Origin: Actinomycetota bacterium
GTDB lineage: Bacteria > Actinomycetota > Actinomycetes > S36-B12 > UBA5976
NCBI GenBank assembly: GCA_026392515.1
Contig: JAPLBY010000034.1
Location: 67,692 to 131,691 of the forward strand
Direction of reading: 5' to 3'
DNA: 64,000 nt
The translations under genes were made by a program, and so were the position numbers. Positions 55,318 through 64,000 of the stretch are shown here, piece after piece; position 1 is the stretch's first letter; every line of letters begins with the position of its first letter. Below the pieces are notes generated by a model. That model was not told where the DNA came from, made no database searches, and was given only the letters and a program-made list of their open reading frames with translations.

Positions 55318-56418
55318 TTACTTACTGCCCGATAACCGGGCGGCAGCGCTGGCAATTCGCTCATCCGTAGCCGTTAAGGCAAGGCGGACATGGCGCTGAC
55401 CTGCTGGCCCATAAAAGTCTCCTGGGGCAGCCAAGATGCCCTTCTCAGCAAGCCAGTTAACCGTTTCAAGGCAATCGGCTCCTTTGGTAGCCCATAGATA
55501 TAGGCCAGCCTGAGAGTGCTCAATTTTGAAGCCAGCTGAAACTAGTGCGGTGTGAAGTACATCACGTCGCTTGGCATATTTGGCTTTTTGAACTGCCACA
55601 TGCGCATCGTCACCCAGTGCCGCAACTGTTGCTAGCTGAACTGGTGTTGAAACCAACATGCCAGCGTGCTTTCGGAGTCCAACTATGTCAGCAATTAACT
55701 TGGTATCGCCCAGTACTGCGCCGGACCGATAGCCCGCAAGATTTGATCGCTTCGACAATGAGTGCACGGCCAGGATCCCAGTGAAGTCTGTGCCACAAAC
55801 TCGAGGATCCAGAATTGAAATTGGTTGGGCTTCCCAACCAAGTTCGATGTAACACTCATCACTAACAACTGGAGCAGAAAGCTCGCGGCCGCGGGCAATG
55901 ATTTCTTTTAATTGATCCGCGGTTAATACTTCGCCAGTTGGATTGCTTGGAGAATTCACCCAAATCAGGTCAGCGTTATCTGGAATGTCAGAGACTTGTT
56001 TGTAAGTTACGTATTTTGCATGCGCCATCAATGCGCCAACTGCATATGTTGGATAAGCCAGCTCTGGAATAGCAACTGTGCTGTTGGAATTTAATCCAAA
56101 AACGACCGGGAGCCAAGCGACAATTTCTTTAGATCCAATTGATGGCACAACTTGATCAACGTTTAATTCAGCCGACAAGATTCGCGAAGCCCAAGAAACC
56201 CAAGCTTGTCGCAGTTCGATTAGTCCAGCTGCAGTTGGATAGCCAGGTGCATTAGCAGCGGCGGCTAGCGCAGCAGTAATTACTTCAGGAGTGTCATCTA
56301 CGGGAGTGCCAATCGAAAGGTCAACAATTCCATCTGGATGTTTTCGTGCTACATCCCCTGCAGCTGCAATTCGATCCCAGGGAAAATCTGGTAACCCATT
56401 TGCAAGTGGTGAAATCAG
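55318..56418 (-). CDS. dapC: Succinyldiaminopimelate aminotransferase (PLP fold type I); start must be CTG 56418 or ATT 56415
   Basis: The open frame extends 80 codons above the track start (TTG 56178). It reads (L)ISPLANGLPDFPWDRIAAAGDVARKHPDGIVDLSIGTPVDDTPEV, the conserved DapC N-terminus, and contains no ATG/GTG/TTG. SLSKRSNLAGYR contains the PLP Lys. Confidence 0.8.
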   Translation of the reverse strand: MISPLANGLPDFPWDRIAAAGDVARKHPDGIVDLSIGTPVDDTPEVITAALAAAANAPGYPTAAGLIELRQAWVSWASRILSAELNVDQVVPSIGSKEIVAWLPVVFGLNSNSTVAIPELAYPTYAVGALMAHAKYVTYKQVSDIPDNADLIWVNSPSNPTGEVLTADQLKEIIARGRELSAPVVSDECYIELGWEAQPISILDPRVCGTDFTGILAVHSLSKRSNLAGYRSGAVLGDTKLIADIVGLRKHAGMLVSTPVQLATVAALGDDAHVAVQKAKYAKRRDVLHTALVSAGFKIEHSQAGLYLWATKGADCLETVNWLAEKGILAAPGDFYGPAGQRHVRLALTATDERIASAAARLSGSK

Positions 56419-56739
56419 TTAACTCACCTGTGGTGGAAGAGACTTGATTTCTTCTGGATCGTTGCTGGTCTTGCCAGTCTTTGACGCGCCACCAGGAGAA
56501 CCGATGGTTTCGAAGAATGCAGTGTTAACACCCTTAAAGCTGTCCCACTTTTCTGGGACATCGTCTTCGTAGTAGATAGCTTCGGTTGGACAGACTGGTT
56601 CGCAAGCGCCGCAGTCAACACATTCGTCGGCCTGGATGTACATCATGCGATCGCCTTCGTAGATGCAATCTACTGGGCATTCTTCGATACAAGCCTTGTC
56701 TTTAACATCGACACAAGGCAGTGCAATCACATAAGTCAT
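56419..56739 (-). CDS. 7Fe-type ferredoxin (FdxA/FdxC-like)
   Basis: MTYVIALPCVDVKDKACIEECPVDCIYEG...CVDCGACEPVCPTEAIYYEDD. GGAGA precedes ATG 56739. Confidence 0.92.
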   Translation of the reverse strand: MTYVIALPCVDVKDKACIEECPVDCIYEGDRMMYIQADECVDCGACEPVCPTEAIYYEDDVPEKWDSFKGVNTAFFETIGSPGGASKTGKTSNDPEEIKSLPPQVS

Positions 56740-56820
56740 TTCGATCTCCATACAAATCCTGCGAGAAAAGTAACTTTCTCAGCACTACAAACTTACCTGT
56801 CTATTGGGATTTTTGTCGCA

Positions 56821-57213
56821 TCAGGCTTGGGATTCGGGAAGTGAATGCTGTCCTCTGCCTGGAAGGCGCATGGCAGGGAGTACCGCCGCCATAGAAAGCA
56901 GAACGGCGCCAGCGATTATGTAGGACGTGGAATACCAAGTCACAGTAAAAACCAAGTCCCCATTTCCAGATTCAATAGCCATCCGAAGTGTTATCAAAAC
57001 CCAGCTGACGGTGAATACTGTGCCAGCTAACCGCGTCTGAAATTGTCGATTTAGCCACAAGATTGTCAACAGACAAATGCCTAAGGAAAGAACTAAGCCA
57101 TACGGAACTCGAATTCCAAGAATCACTATTCGATCAGCATGAGCAAAGCCGGCGATAATGCTTACAAATGCGCCGACGATTGCACTGAATAGAACTATCC
57201 GAAGCTTTGTCAT
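56821..57213 (-). CDS. Small integral membrane protein (4 TM), unknown function
   Basis: 130 aa, four hydrophobic segments. I do not recognise a family. Confidence 0.5.
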   Translation of the reverse strand: MTKLRIVLFSAIVGAFVSIIAGFAHADRIVILGIRVPYGLVLSLGICLLTILWLNRQFQTRLAGTVFTVSWVLITLRMAIESGNGDLVFTVTWYSTSYIIAGAVLLSMAAVLPAMRLPGRGQHSLPESQA

Positions 57214-57222
57214 TTAACTAAT

Positions 57223-58137
57223 CTATTGCTTTATTGAAATGCCATTGAATAAGTCAGTTTCTCTACCCAGTGCATCAAATGGTGCCGCTGGAGTTCCAGC
57301 CACCAGTCGGTAGTACTCAGTACCCATAACTTGTGAGCCTAGGTTGTTAGAAAGTGCAAAGAATCCTTCTTCAGTACTTATCTGCGTGGCATGAGCTCGC
57401 AGGGCACGCATTTTCTGTTCTGCAAATTCCCCACCATCAATTGCTGTCGTAACAAGTTCATCTGGGCAAGCAAATGGAATTTCATCTGGGTCTTGCGCGG
57501 CAAATCCAGTGTCCTCGCCCGCAGCTTTTAGCATTTCGATGCCAGCTCGCATCACGCTAACTGGAAACGCAGTCCAATAAACCTTTTCTATTGACCAAGG
57601 TGCGCCTAATTCAGGAGCAAAACTAGGCGCTGCTGCTAACTCCCGCGCATATGTTGAAACACGATGTGCCTGAATATGATCTGGATGCCCGTAGCCGCCG
57701 AAATCATCGTAAGTGACTAATACCTGAGGACAGGTTTCGCGAATTATCTTTACTAAATGCTTTGCTGCTTCCAAAAGATCTGCGCGCCAAAAACAATCGG
57801 TGCGATCGTTTGGTGGTGTGCCCACCATCCCACTATCCCGAAAAGCGTGCGGGCCGCCCAAGAGTCGCCAGTCGGTCACGCCAAGTTCAGCCATAGCTGC
57901 TGCTAATTCCGTAATTCGATGTTTGCCCAGTCCATCCGATTGGTCAGCAGCCAGATGGGCAAGCTCTGGAACTAAAATTTCGCCTTCTTCACCTAACGTG
58001 CAGGTGACAAGCGTGACCTGTGCCCCAGCAGATACATACTTAGCCATAGTTGCGCCACTGCCGATAGTTTCGTCATCAGGATGCGCATGCACCAATAGCA
58101 AACGTTGATTTGGCAGAACGCCTGAGCTAGATGTCAT
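57223..58137 (-). CDS. mshB: GlcNAc-Ins deacetylase (LmbE family), mycothiol biosynthesis
   Basis: [15 protein letters not shown] and HPDH motifs. 304 aa. Rv1170-like position near fdx/dapC. Confidence 0.85.
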   Translation of the reverse strand: MTSSSGVLPNQRLLLVHAHPDDETIGSGATMAKYVSAGAQVTLVTCTLGEEGEILVPELAHLAADQSDGLGKHRITELAAAMAELGVTDWRLLGGPHAFRDSGMVGTPPNDRTDCFWRADLLEAAKHLVKIIRETCPQVLVTYDDFGGYGHPDHIQAHRVSTYARELAAAPSFAPELGAPWSIEKVYWTAFPVSVMRAGIEMLKAAGEDTGFAAQDPDEIPFACPDELVTTAIDGGEFAEQKMRALRAHATQISTEEGFFALSNNLGSQVMGTEYYRLVAGTPAAPFDALGRETDLFNGISIKQ

Positions 58138-58186
58138 GTACCAACTGTACGAGACACCTACTAGTTAAACGTGGCAGGATCAAGGG

Positions 58187-60268
58187 GTGACCGAATCCTT
58201 TCCACGCCAAAGTGCGGCAACTCGTAATTTTCAACTGGGAGCACCACGAAGTTTTCAGGTGTGCGAATCCGGTGCGCAAGTCCTATTTCTACGAAGCGAT
58301 AGTGGCCGAGATTCCGTTAACTCGCTTTGGGTCTATGACGTAGCAAAGCGAATCGAAACCAAGTTCGCAGATCCTCGAGTTCTTCTGGCTGATGATGCTG
58401 AAGTTCCGGCTGCCGAAAGAGCTCGACGCGAACGTATGCGAGAAACTACTTCTGGAATTACTTCGTATTCAACCGATCGCACGGGAACCAAGGTTGCCTT
58501 TGCACTTTCTGGGCAACTATTCGTTGGTCAGACTTCTGATGCAGCTTTAAAGAACTTGAATGTGGATGGACCAGTTATCGATCCAAGACTTTCTCCTGAT
58601 GGAAACTATGTTGCCTGGTCAAATGGCAAAGATTTGTTCATAGTTGATTTCAATGGTGGTGGCTTACGCAATTTAACTAACGAAAAAACTGAGAACGTTT
58701 CTTGGGGTTTGGCGGACTTCATTGCATCGGAGGAATTTGGTCGGATGCATGGCTACTGGTGGTCACCAGAAAGCGACAGTTTGATTGTTGAGTCAGTAAA
58801 TGATGCTGAGGTGCAAACTTGGTGGATTTCAGACCCAGCAACTCCAGCAAAGACTCCGCAAGAAATCAAATACCCTGCGGCTGGCACGAAAAATGCAAAA
58901 GTTGGACTTGAGAAGATATCGATTAGTGGTGCGCGTGAAGCAATCCGCTGGGATGTCGATGCATTTGAATACTTGATTTCGGTTTCCTGGCAAAAGGATT
59001 GCAACGCGCTAATAACCGTTGCCGACCGCGCGCAACAACATTTCGTCACTTATTCAGTAGGCACCTCTGGATTAGAGAATGTGCACGAAGTTACCGACCA
59101 CGAATTCATCGAAGTAATTCCAGGTCAACCGCGTTGGCATAACGGTCAAATTATTTCAGTAGTCGATAATCGCCAATCCGATACTCGGGAATTACAGATT
59201 TCTGGAAAAGCAATTTCCCCGGCGGGGCTACAAGTTATGTCAGTTATCGATATCAAGGATGACTACATAGATGTGGTTGCGACTCAGGATGCTTTGTCGC
59301 GCGACTTGATTCGTCTAGGTTTTGACGGATCCATCACGGAGATTTCACAGGGCGGAATTGCTAGCGCAACGACGACTTCCGCAGAACTTCAAGTTGTAGT
59401 CGAATCGCGTCTGGATACTCATTCTCGGAGCTACCAACTTCGTCGGGGCGTAAAGACCGAACACTATTTTGACTCACTGACTGAGTCACCGAATTTCACA
59501 TCACAAGTTCACGTGCTTCAGACTGGATCTCACCAAGTAAACACGGCGGTTTTGTTTCCGCAAGACCATGTGTACGGCAGTAAAAAACTCCCAGTCATGA
59601 TGCGGCCATACGGTGGTCCGCACGGTCCACAAGTTCAAAATGGTGCGCTCAGTTATGCCATTGATCAATGGTTTGCCGATCAAGGATTTGTTGTGATAAT
59701 TGCTGACAATCGAGGTACGGGTGGTCGAGGCCCAGCTTGGGATCATGCAATTTACCAGGACTTTGTTACGCCGGTACTTGATGACCAAGTGGCTGCCATT
59801 GCCGATGTGGCTAAACATTTTCCTGATGATGTTGACGCTAGCCGAGTCGGGATAACTGGCTGGTCATTTGGTGGTTACTTATCTGCCTTGGCAGTAATGA
59901 AACGACCAGATGTTTTCCATGCCGCAGTTGCTGGGGCTCCCGTAACTGAATGGCTTTGGTATGACACTGCATACACCGAGCGATACCTCGGCCATCCAGA
60001 GAAGTTTCCCGAGATATATGAGGACCACTCTTTAATGCCAATGGCAGGCCAACTTGATCGTCCGCTCATGATGGTTCATGGACTGGCTGATGACAATGTT
60101 GTCGCTGCTCATTCACTTTCATTGAGCGGTGCGCTTTTGGCAAATAAGAAGCCGCATACCCTGTTGCCACTGTCAGGTGTAACTCACATGACACCACAAG
60201 AAATCATTTCGGAGAACTTGATGCTGCTAACAGTTGAGTACTTAAAAGAACAACTCGGAGTCGAATAA
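58187..60268 (+). CDS. S9 family peptidase, dipeptidyl-peptidase IV-like (beta-propeller plus alpha/beta hydrolase)
   Basis: DPP4 N-domain pattern (..WSPDG.., FIASEEFGRMHGYWWSP), GWSFGGY nucleophile elbow, and downstream D and H (GLADDNV, GVTH). Confidence 0.88.
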   Translation: MTESFPRQSAATRNFQLGAPRSFQVCESGAQVLFLRSDSGRDSVNSLWVYDVAKRIETKFADPRVLLADDAEVPAAERARRERMRETTSGITSYSTDRTGTKVAFALSGQLFVGQTSDAALKNLNVDGPVIDPRLSPDGNYVAWSNGKDLFIVDFNGGGLRNLTNEKTENVSWGLADFIASEEFGRMHGYWWSPESDSLIVESVNDAEVQTWWISDPATPAKTPQEIKYPAAGTKNAKVGLEKISISGAREAIRWDVDAFEYLISVSWQKDCNALITVADRAQQHFVTYSVGTSGLENVHEVTDHEFIEVIPGQPRWHNGQIISVVDNRQSDTRELQISGKAISPAGLQVMSVIDIKDDYIDVVATQDALSRDLIRLGFDGSITEISQGGIASATTTSAELQVVVESRLDTHSRSYQLRRGVKTEHYFDSLTESPNFTSQVHVLQTGSHQVNTAVLFPQDHVYGSKKLPVMMRPYGGPHGPQVQNGALSYAIDQWFADQGFVVIIADNRGTGGRGPAWDHAIYQDFVTPVLDDQVAAIADVAKHFPDDVDASRVGITGWSFGGYLSALAVMKRPDVFHAAVAGAPVTEWLWYDTAYTERYLGHPEKFPEIYEDHSLMPMAGQLDRPLMMVHGLADDNVVAAHSLSLSGALLANKKPHTLLPLSGVTHMTPQEIISENLMLLTVEYLKEQLGVE

Positions 60269-60276
60269 CTTCGAAG

Positions 60277-61299
60277 TTAACTTATGAAGTCATTTCCCGA
60301 AGCTGTCGCGCTGCTTGAAACATCCATGGGGTAATGGCAAGCAACTCGGTGACCTGTTGTTAACTCGCGCAATTCTGGAACTTCTGATTCACATCGAGCC
60401 TGGGCTTTGAAGCAACGAGTTCTAAACACGCAGCCGCTTGGTGGATTACTTGGGCTCGGCAAATCGCCCGACAAAATAATGCGTTCGCGGGAGCGCTCAA
60501 GATCTGGATCTGCAATCGGAACTGCGGAAAGAAGTGCATGCGTGTAAGGGTGCAATGGCGATTGGTAAAGAACGTCTTGTGGAGCTTGTTCCATGATCTT
60601 GCCAAGGTACATAACTGCAACCCGATCAGAGATGTGACGAACTACCGACAAATCGTGTGCGATAAAGATGTAGGCAAGACCAAATTCCTGTTGGATGTCA
60701 TCCAAAAGATTAAGTACCTGCGCCTGAATCGAAACGTCAAGAGCTGATACCGGCTCATCACAAACAATTAACTTTGGCTTAAGTGCAATAGCTCGGGCAA
60801 TACCGATTCGCTGACGTTGTCCGCCAGAGAATTCGTTTGGATAGCGGTTGTAGTGCTCTGGATTCAATCCAACGCGATCCATGAGGCCTTGAACTGCCTT
60901 CATGATGCCGCCTTCAGGCTTGACGCCTTGGACTCGAAATGGTGCCCCGATAATGTCGCCGATAGTGTGACGAGGATTTAGGGATGAAAACGGATCTTGG
61001 AAAATCATTTGCATTTCGCGGCGAAGCGGAACTAGATCCTTCTTCTTCAGGTTTGTAATGTCCTGGCCGTTGAATTCAATTGATCCCGCAGTTGGTTCAA
61101 TCAAGCGCAGCATGGCTCGACCCGCAGTTGATTTGCCACAACCACTTTCGCCAACAAGACCAAGGGTTTCGCCAGGGAAAACTTCAAGATTCAAACCATC
61201 AACTGCCCGAACATTTCCAACAACTCGGTTGAAGAGTCCACCACCATGAATTGGGAAATACTTCTGTAGGTCTTTAACTTTAAGGATTGGTTCCGTCAT
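60277..61299 (-). CDS. Oligopeptide/dipeptide ABC transporter ATP-binding protein (OppF/DppF-like)
   Basis: [26 protein letters not shown] and C-terminal oligopeptide-ATPase extension with Cys residues. Confidence 0.9.
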   Translation of the reverse strand: MTEPILKVKDLQKYFPIHGGGLFNRVVGNVRAVDGLNLEVFPGETLGLVGESGCGKSTAGRAMLRLIEPTAGSIEFNGQDITNLKKKDLVPLRREMQMIFQDPFSSLNPRHTIGDIIGAPFRVQGVKPEGGIMKAVQGLMDRVGLNPEHYNRYPNEFSGGQRQRIGIARAIALKPKLIVCDEPVSALDVSIQAQVLNLLDDIQQEFGLAYIFIAHDLSVVRHISDRVAVMYLGKIMEQAPQDVLYQSPLHPYTHALLSAVPIADPDLERSRERIILSGDLPSPSNPPSGCVFRTRCFKAQARCESEVPELRELTTGHRVACHYPMDVSSSATASGNDFIS

Positions 61300-61301
61300 G
61301 A

Positions 61302-62324
61302 CTACAACCTGCCAATCTTGCGTTCAGATCGAATTGCACTTCGCTGCGATTCAGTTAAATGGCATCGTGCTTCATGGTCTACGGAAACTGCCAGCAAGTC
61401 TGGGAACTGGTTGGCACACGCATCTCCAGCAACTTGATCTTTGAAGGTGCAGCGCGGAGCAAACACGCATCCGTTAGGGAGGTTGAGTAGTGAAGGTGGT
61501 GATCCTGGGATTGGATCAAGCTGTTCCTTCTTTGCCGAAATCTGTGGAATTGATGCCAGCAATCCCCAGGTGTAAGGCATTTGCGGTTCGTAGAAAATTT
61601 CGCGAACTGGTGCATGTTCTACAGCGCTACCACCATACATAACCAAAACTTCGTCAGCTAGATCAGCAACCACGCCTAGATCATGGGTGATCAAAACGAT
61701 TGCAGTACCGAATTCTTTTTGAAGTTCCCGCAACAAATCTAAAATCTGCGCTTGCACCGTTACGTCCAGAGCAGTCGTCGGTTCATCAGCAATCAAAAGC
61801 TCTGGACCATTGATCAATGCCATTGCGATCATTACGCGTTGGCGCATGCCGCCTGAGAGTTGATGAGGATATTCATCCATGCGTTGCTCAACCGATGGAA
61901 TGCCAACTTTGGTAAGCATCTCGGCAGCGCGGGAACGTGCTTCTGATTCCTTTACCTTGCTGTGCACCAGCACTGCTTCAGTTAATTGATCGCCAATTGT
62001 GTAGTAAGGATGCAGTGCGCTTAACGGATCTTGGAAGATCATGGCCATTTCGTCACCGCGTAGTTTACGAACTTCCTCTGGGTCCGCACCAACTAATTCT
62101 TTGCCATTGAAAAAAACTTCACCGGTAATGCTTGAATTAGACCCTGTTAACAGTCCCATCACAGCCAGACTGGAAACACTTTTACCTGAACCGGATTCAC
62201 CAACGATAGCTAAAGTCTTGCCACGTTCTACGGTGTAAGAAACGTCCTTAACTGCATGGACGATTCCGTCGTCGGTAGTGAACTCAACATTTAAGTTCTT
62301 AACTTCTAAAATCACGTTTGTCAT
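61302..62324 (-). CDS. Oligopeptide/dipeptide ABC transporter ATP-binding protein (OppD/DppD-like)
   Basis: [17 protein letters not shown] and ADEPTTALD. 340 aa, with no fused permease domain. Confidence 0.9.
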   Translation of the reverse strand: MTNVILEVKNLNVEFTTDDGIVHAVKDVSYTVERGKTLAIVGESGSGKSVSSLAVMGLLTGSNSSITGEVFFNGKELVGADPEEVRKLRGDEMAMIFQDPLSALHPYYTIGDQLTEAVLVHSKVKESEARSRAAEMLTKVGIPSVEQRMDEYPHQLSGGMRQRVMIAMALINGPELLIADEPTTALDVTVQAQILDLLRELQKEFGTAIVLITHDLGVVADLADEVLVMYGGSAVEHAPVREIFYEPQMPYTWGLLASIPQISAKKEQLDPIPGSPPSLLNLPNGCVFAPRCTFKDQVAGDACANQFPDLLAVSVDHEARCHLTESQRSAIRSERKIGRL

Positions 62325-63310
62325 GACAAGCGCACCCGAGGATCAATAGCGGCGTAAAGAATGTCAACGACCAAATTTGCCACAATGACAAACACTGCGG
62401 CGACCAGCACGGTTGCTGTGATTGTTGGTAAGTCGTATTCCGTTACAGCGCCAATCGCCAATCTTCCGAGCCCTGGCAAGCTGAAAATATATTCAGTAAT
62501 AACTGCGCCACCTAGCAGGCCAGCAAGATCTAAACCAGCCGAAGTAACAATTGGAGTCAAGCCGGCCCGGAAAGCATGCTTGCGGAAAACTACCCTCTCA
62601 GAAAGCCCCTTCGCCCTGGCAGTACGAATGTAATCTTCTCCCATAGTTTCCAACATCTGGGAGCGAGTAAGGCGGGCGTAATAAGCCGCATAAAGAATTG
62701 CCAGAGTAACCCAAGGTAAAAGCATGGTCTGGAAAAAAGCAACAGGATCTTCAAATGGTGATTCGTAATTGGGATACGGCAAAAAATTCCAGCGCACGAT
62801 TACGAAAACCAAGAGTAGTAACCCAACAAAGAAAACTGGGAGCGAATATCCAATTAAAGAAATGCCCATGATAGCTCGGTCTTGCCATTTTCCGTGATTC
62901 TTTGCAGCGACGATTCCAGCTGAAATTCCAACTAGCATCCAAAGCGTGAATGCACCTATAGCCAAGTACATAGTTACTGGAAGTGCATTAACGATCATGG
63001 TGGTTACTTCTTCACCGTTGCGGAATGAGTAGCCCAAGCATGGGGTTGAACATTCAAAGGTGGCAGAACCACTGCCATAGGTGCGTCCAACAAAAATGCC
63101 TTTGATCCAGTCAATGTACTGAACATATAAAGGCTGATCCAGACCAAGTCTGATTCGATTCGCCGCGACAATGTCAGGGGTACATGTCTTGCCACAGGTC
63201 AACATAGCTGGATCAGTTGGCACTGCATTAAATAGCAGGAAGGTAATGATGCTCAAGATTGTCAACATAAATACCATGACAAAAACTCGTCGCACTATGT
63301 ATGGGAACAT
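62321..63310 (-). CDS. ABC transporter permease, DppB/OppB type
   Basis: MFPYIVRRVFVMV start, and EAA loop ...EDYIRTARAKGLSERVVFRKHAFR. 329 aa. Confidence 0.9.
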   Translation of the reverse strand: MFPYIVRRVFVMVFMLTILSIITFLLFNAVPTDPAMLTCGKTCTPDIVAANRIRLGLDQPLYVQYIDWIKGIFVGRTYGSGSATFECSTPCLGYSFRNGEEVTTMIVNALPVTMYLAIGAFTLWMLVGISAGIVAAKNHGKWQDRAIMGISLIGYSLPVFFVGLLLLVFVIVRWNFLPYPNYESPFEDPVAFFQTMLLPWVTLAILYAAYYARLTRSQMLETMGEDYIRTARAKGLSERVVFRKHAFRAGLTPIVTSAGLDLAGLLGGAVITEYIFSLPGLGRLAIGAVTEYDLPTITATVLVAAVFVIVANLVVDILYAAIDPRVRLS

Positions 63311-63365
63311 TATTTACCTTTCTGGTTGGAGATTTGATTTATTTCTGTAAGCAACACTGAAGGCA

Positions 63366-63397
63366 GTCTGTGAGCGAACCGAAGTTCGCCCACAGAC
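63366..63397 (-). other. Intercistronic stem-loop between the binding-protein and permease genes
   Basis: gtctgtgagcgaac-cgaa-gttcgcccacagac forms a 14-bp stem with one mismatch. This is the typical position for an SBP-mRNA stabilising or attenuating hairpin. Confidence 0.6.
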
Positions 63398-63412
63398 GCC
63401 AACGTTAGTTAA

Positions 63413-64000
63413 CTAGTTAACTGCTAGTGATGCGTATGGCCAAGAGCCGTACGGTCCCCAAATGTAGGCACCGCTAACCTTTGAGCCATGAATGCGCTGT
63501 TCCTTACCAAAGCGGGTAGGTAAAGCAAGTGCCAATTCCATGGACTTCTTGCTTAGAGCCTGCCAAGCCTTAGCTTGTTCTGCGCGATCGGTGATTACCT
63601 TTGCGGCATCTGATTCAGCCAAGAAGGCTTCGTCATCCCACTGCGAAAGGTTGAATTGACCATTAGCAGCAAACAGTTCTGGAAGAACTGTTGATGCATT
63701 TGACCAGTCTGGACCCCAGCCAGCAGCAGACATTGAGCCCTGCTTTTCTGGATCAAGAACAACGCCGTAGTAAGCGCCTGGTTCTAGTGGGTTCAGCGTG
63801 GCAACAATGCCACCCTTTGCAAGTGAAGCAACCAATGAGGCCGCAGCCTTATCAGCAGTTTCACTCTGACCATAGTCAATTACGAATGGCTGTGGGAATG
63901 GTTCGCCAGAATCAGCAATTAACTTAAGTGCCAATTCAGGGTTACCTTCTGCAGGTACTACATCACCGAGTAGGCCATCCCATAGACCAGTTGGTGCATA
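63413..64000 (-). CDS. Family-5 (peptide/nickel) ABC substrate-binding protein, C-terminal part (5' end outside window)
   Basis: The frame stays open to nt 64000 (YAPTGLWDGLLGDVVPAEGNPELALKLIADSG...). The track start at 63934 is an internal TTG. Ends ...GPYGSWPYASLAVN*. Confidence 0.8.
   Translation of the reverse strand, partial: YAPTGLWDGLLGDVVPAEGNPELALKLIADSGEPFPQPFVIDYGQSETADKAAASLVASLAKGGIVATLNPLEPGAYYGVVLDPEKQGSMSAAGWGPDWSNASTVLPELFAANGQFNLSQWDDEAFLAESDAAKVITDRAEQAKAWQALSKKSMELALALPTRFGKEQRIHGSKVSGAYIWGPYGSWPYASLAVN

Noticed and set aside
56176-56178. TTG 56178 as the start of the aminotransferase
   Set aside because: It would remove about 80 conserved N-terminal residues (LPDFPWD...DLSIGTPVD) that are encoded in frame upstream.
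1-64000. CRISPR arrays, IS elements, prophage, toxin-antitoxin or defence-system genes
   Set aside because: I looked for direct-repeat/spacer periodicity, transposase or integrase motifs and typical defence domains on both strands. None were seen. The only repeats are the short ones reported above.

Overview
This window looks like core chromosome of a streamlined, moderate-GC actinobacterium, probably a freshwater planktonic lineage. That inference rests on a heliorhodopsin, Ni-SOD, mycothiol genes (mshB, mycoredoxin), WhiB and AdnAB. I call about 65 protein genes, one initiator tRNA-Met and one unannotated 24-codon ribosomal protein gene. I saw no rRNA, CRISPR array, transposase, integrase or prophage genes.

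Gene order follows, from memory, two Mycobacterium tuberculosis synteny blocks:
- The sigma/whiB1/TB7.3/SRAP/aroA/rsgA side and UPF0182/PDZ-Lon/zincin/ABC1/uvrD2/mrx/nudC/adnAB/moeZ/tetR/DUF3107/rhlE resemble Rv3193c-Rv3228.
- MgtE-N/DUF1003/mrp/tatB/htrA/O-MT/dapE/dapD/fdx-dapC/mshB resemble Rv1170-Rv1232c.

Packing is very tight. Six convergent gene pairs overlap at their 3' ends.

The parts that ordinary annotation does not explain:
1. A 367-bp divergent intergenic region (23973-24339) holds a rod-like hairpin with a U-tract and a phased TGGGGA / DnaA-box-like repeat array. It lies upstream of a ThiF/E1-like protein whose N-terminus looks like a PqqD/RRE peptide-binding domain.
2. Two housekeeping genes (rhlE-like, dapC-like) have conserved N-terminal motifs upstream of any ATG/GTG/TTG, which implies ATC and CTG/ATT initiation.
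3. A 7.5-kb accessory metabolic cluster next to the tRNA combines nucleoside hydrolase, DMT, P450, two-subunit aconitase X, amidohydrolase and a FUSC-like protein.
4. A membrane protein joins a pseudokinase-like domain to a flippase-like domain.
5. A 30-bp perfect direct repeat and palindromes incorporate gene 3' ends.

All homology calls come from reading the translations and recalling family motifs. No searches were run.
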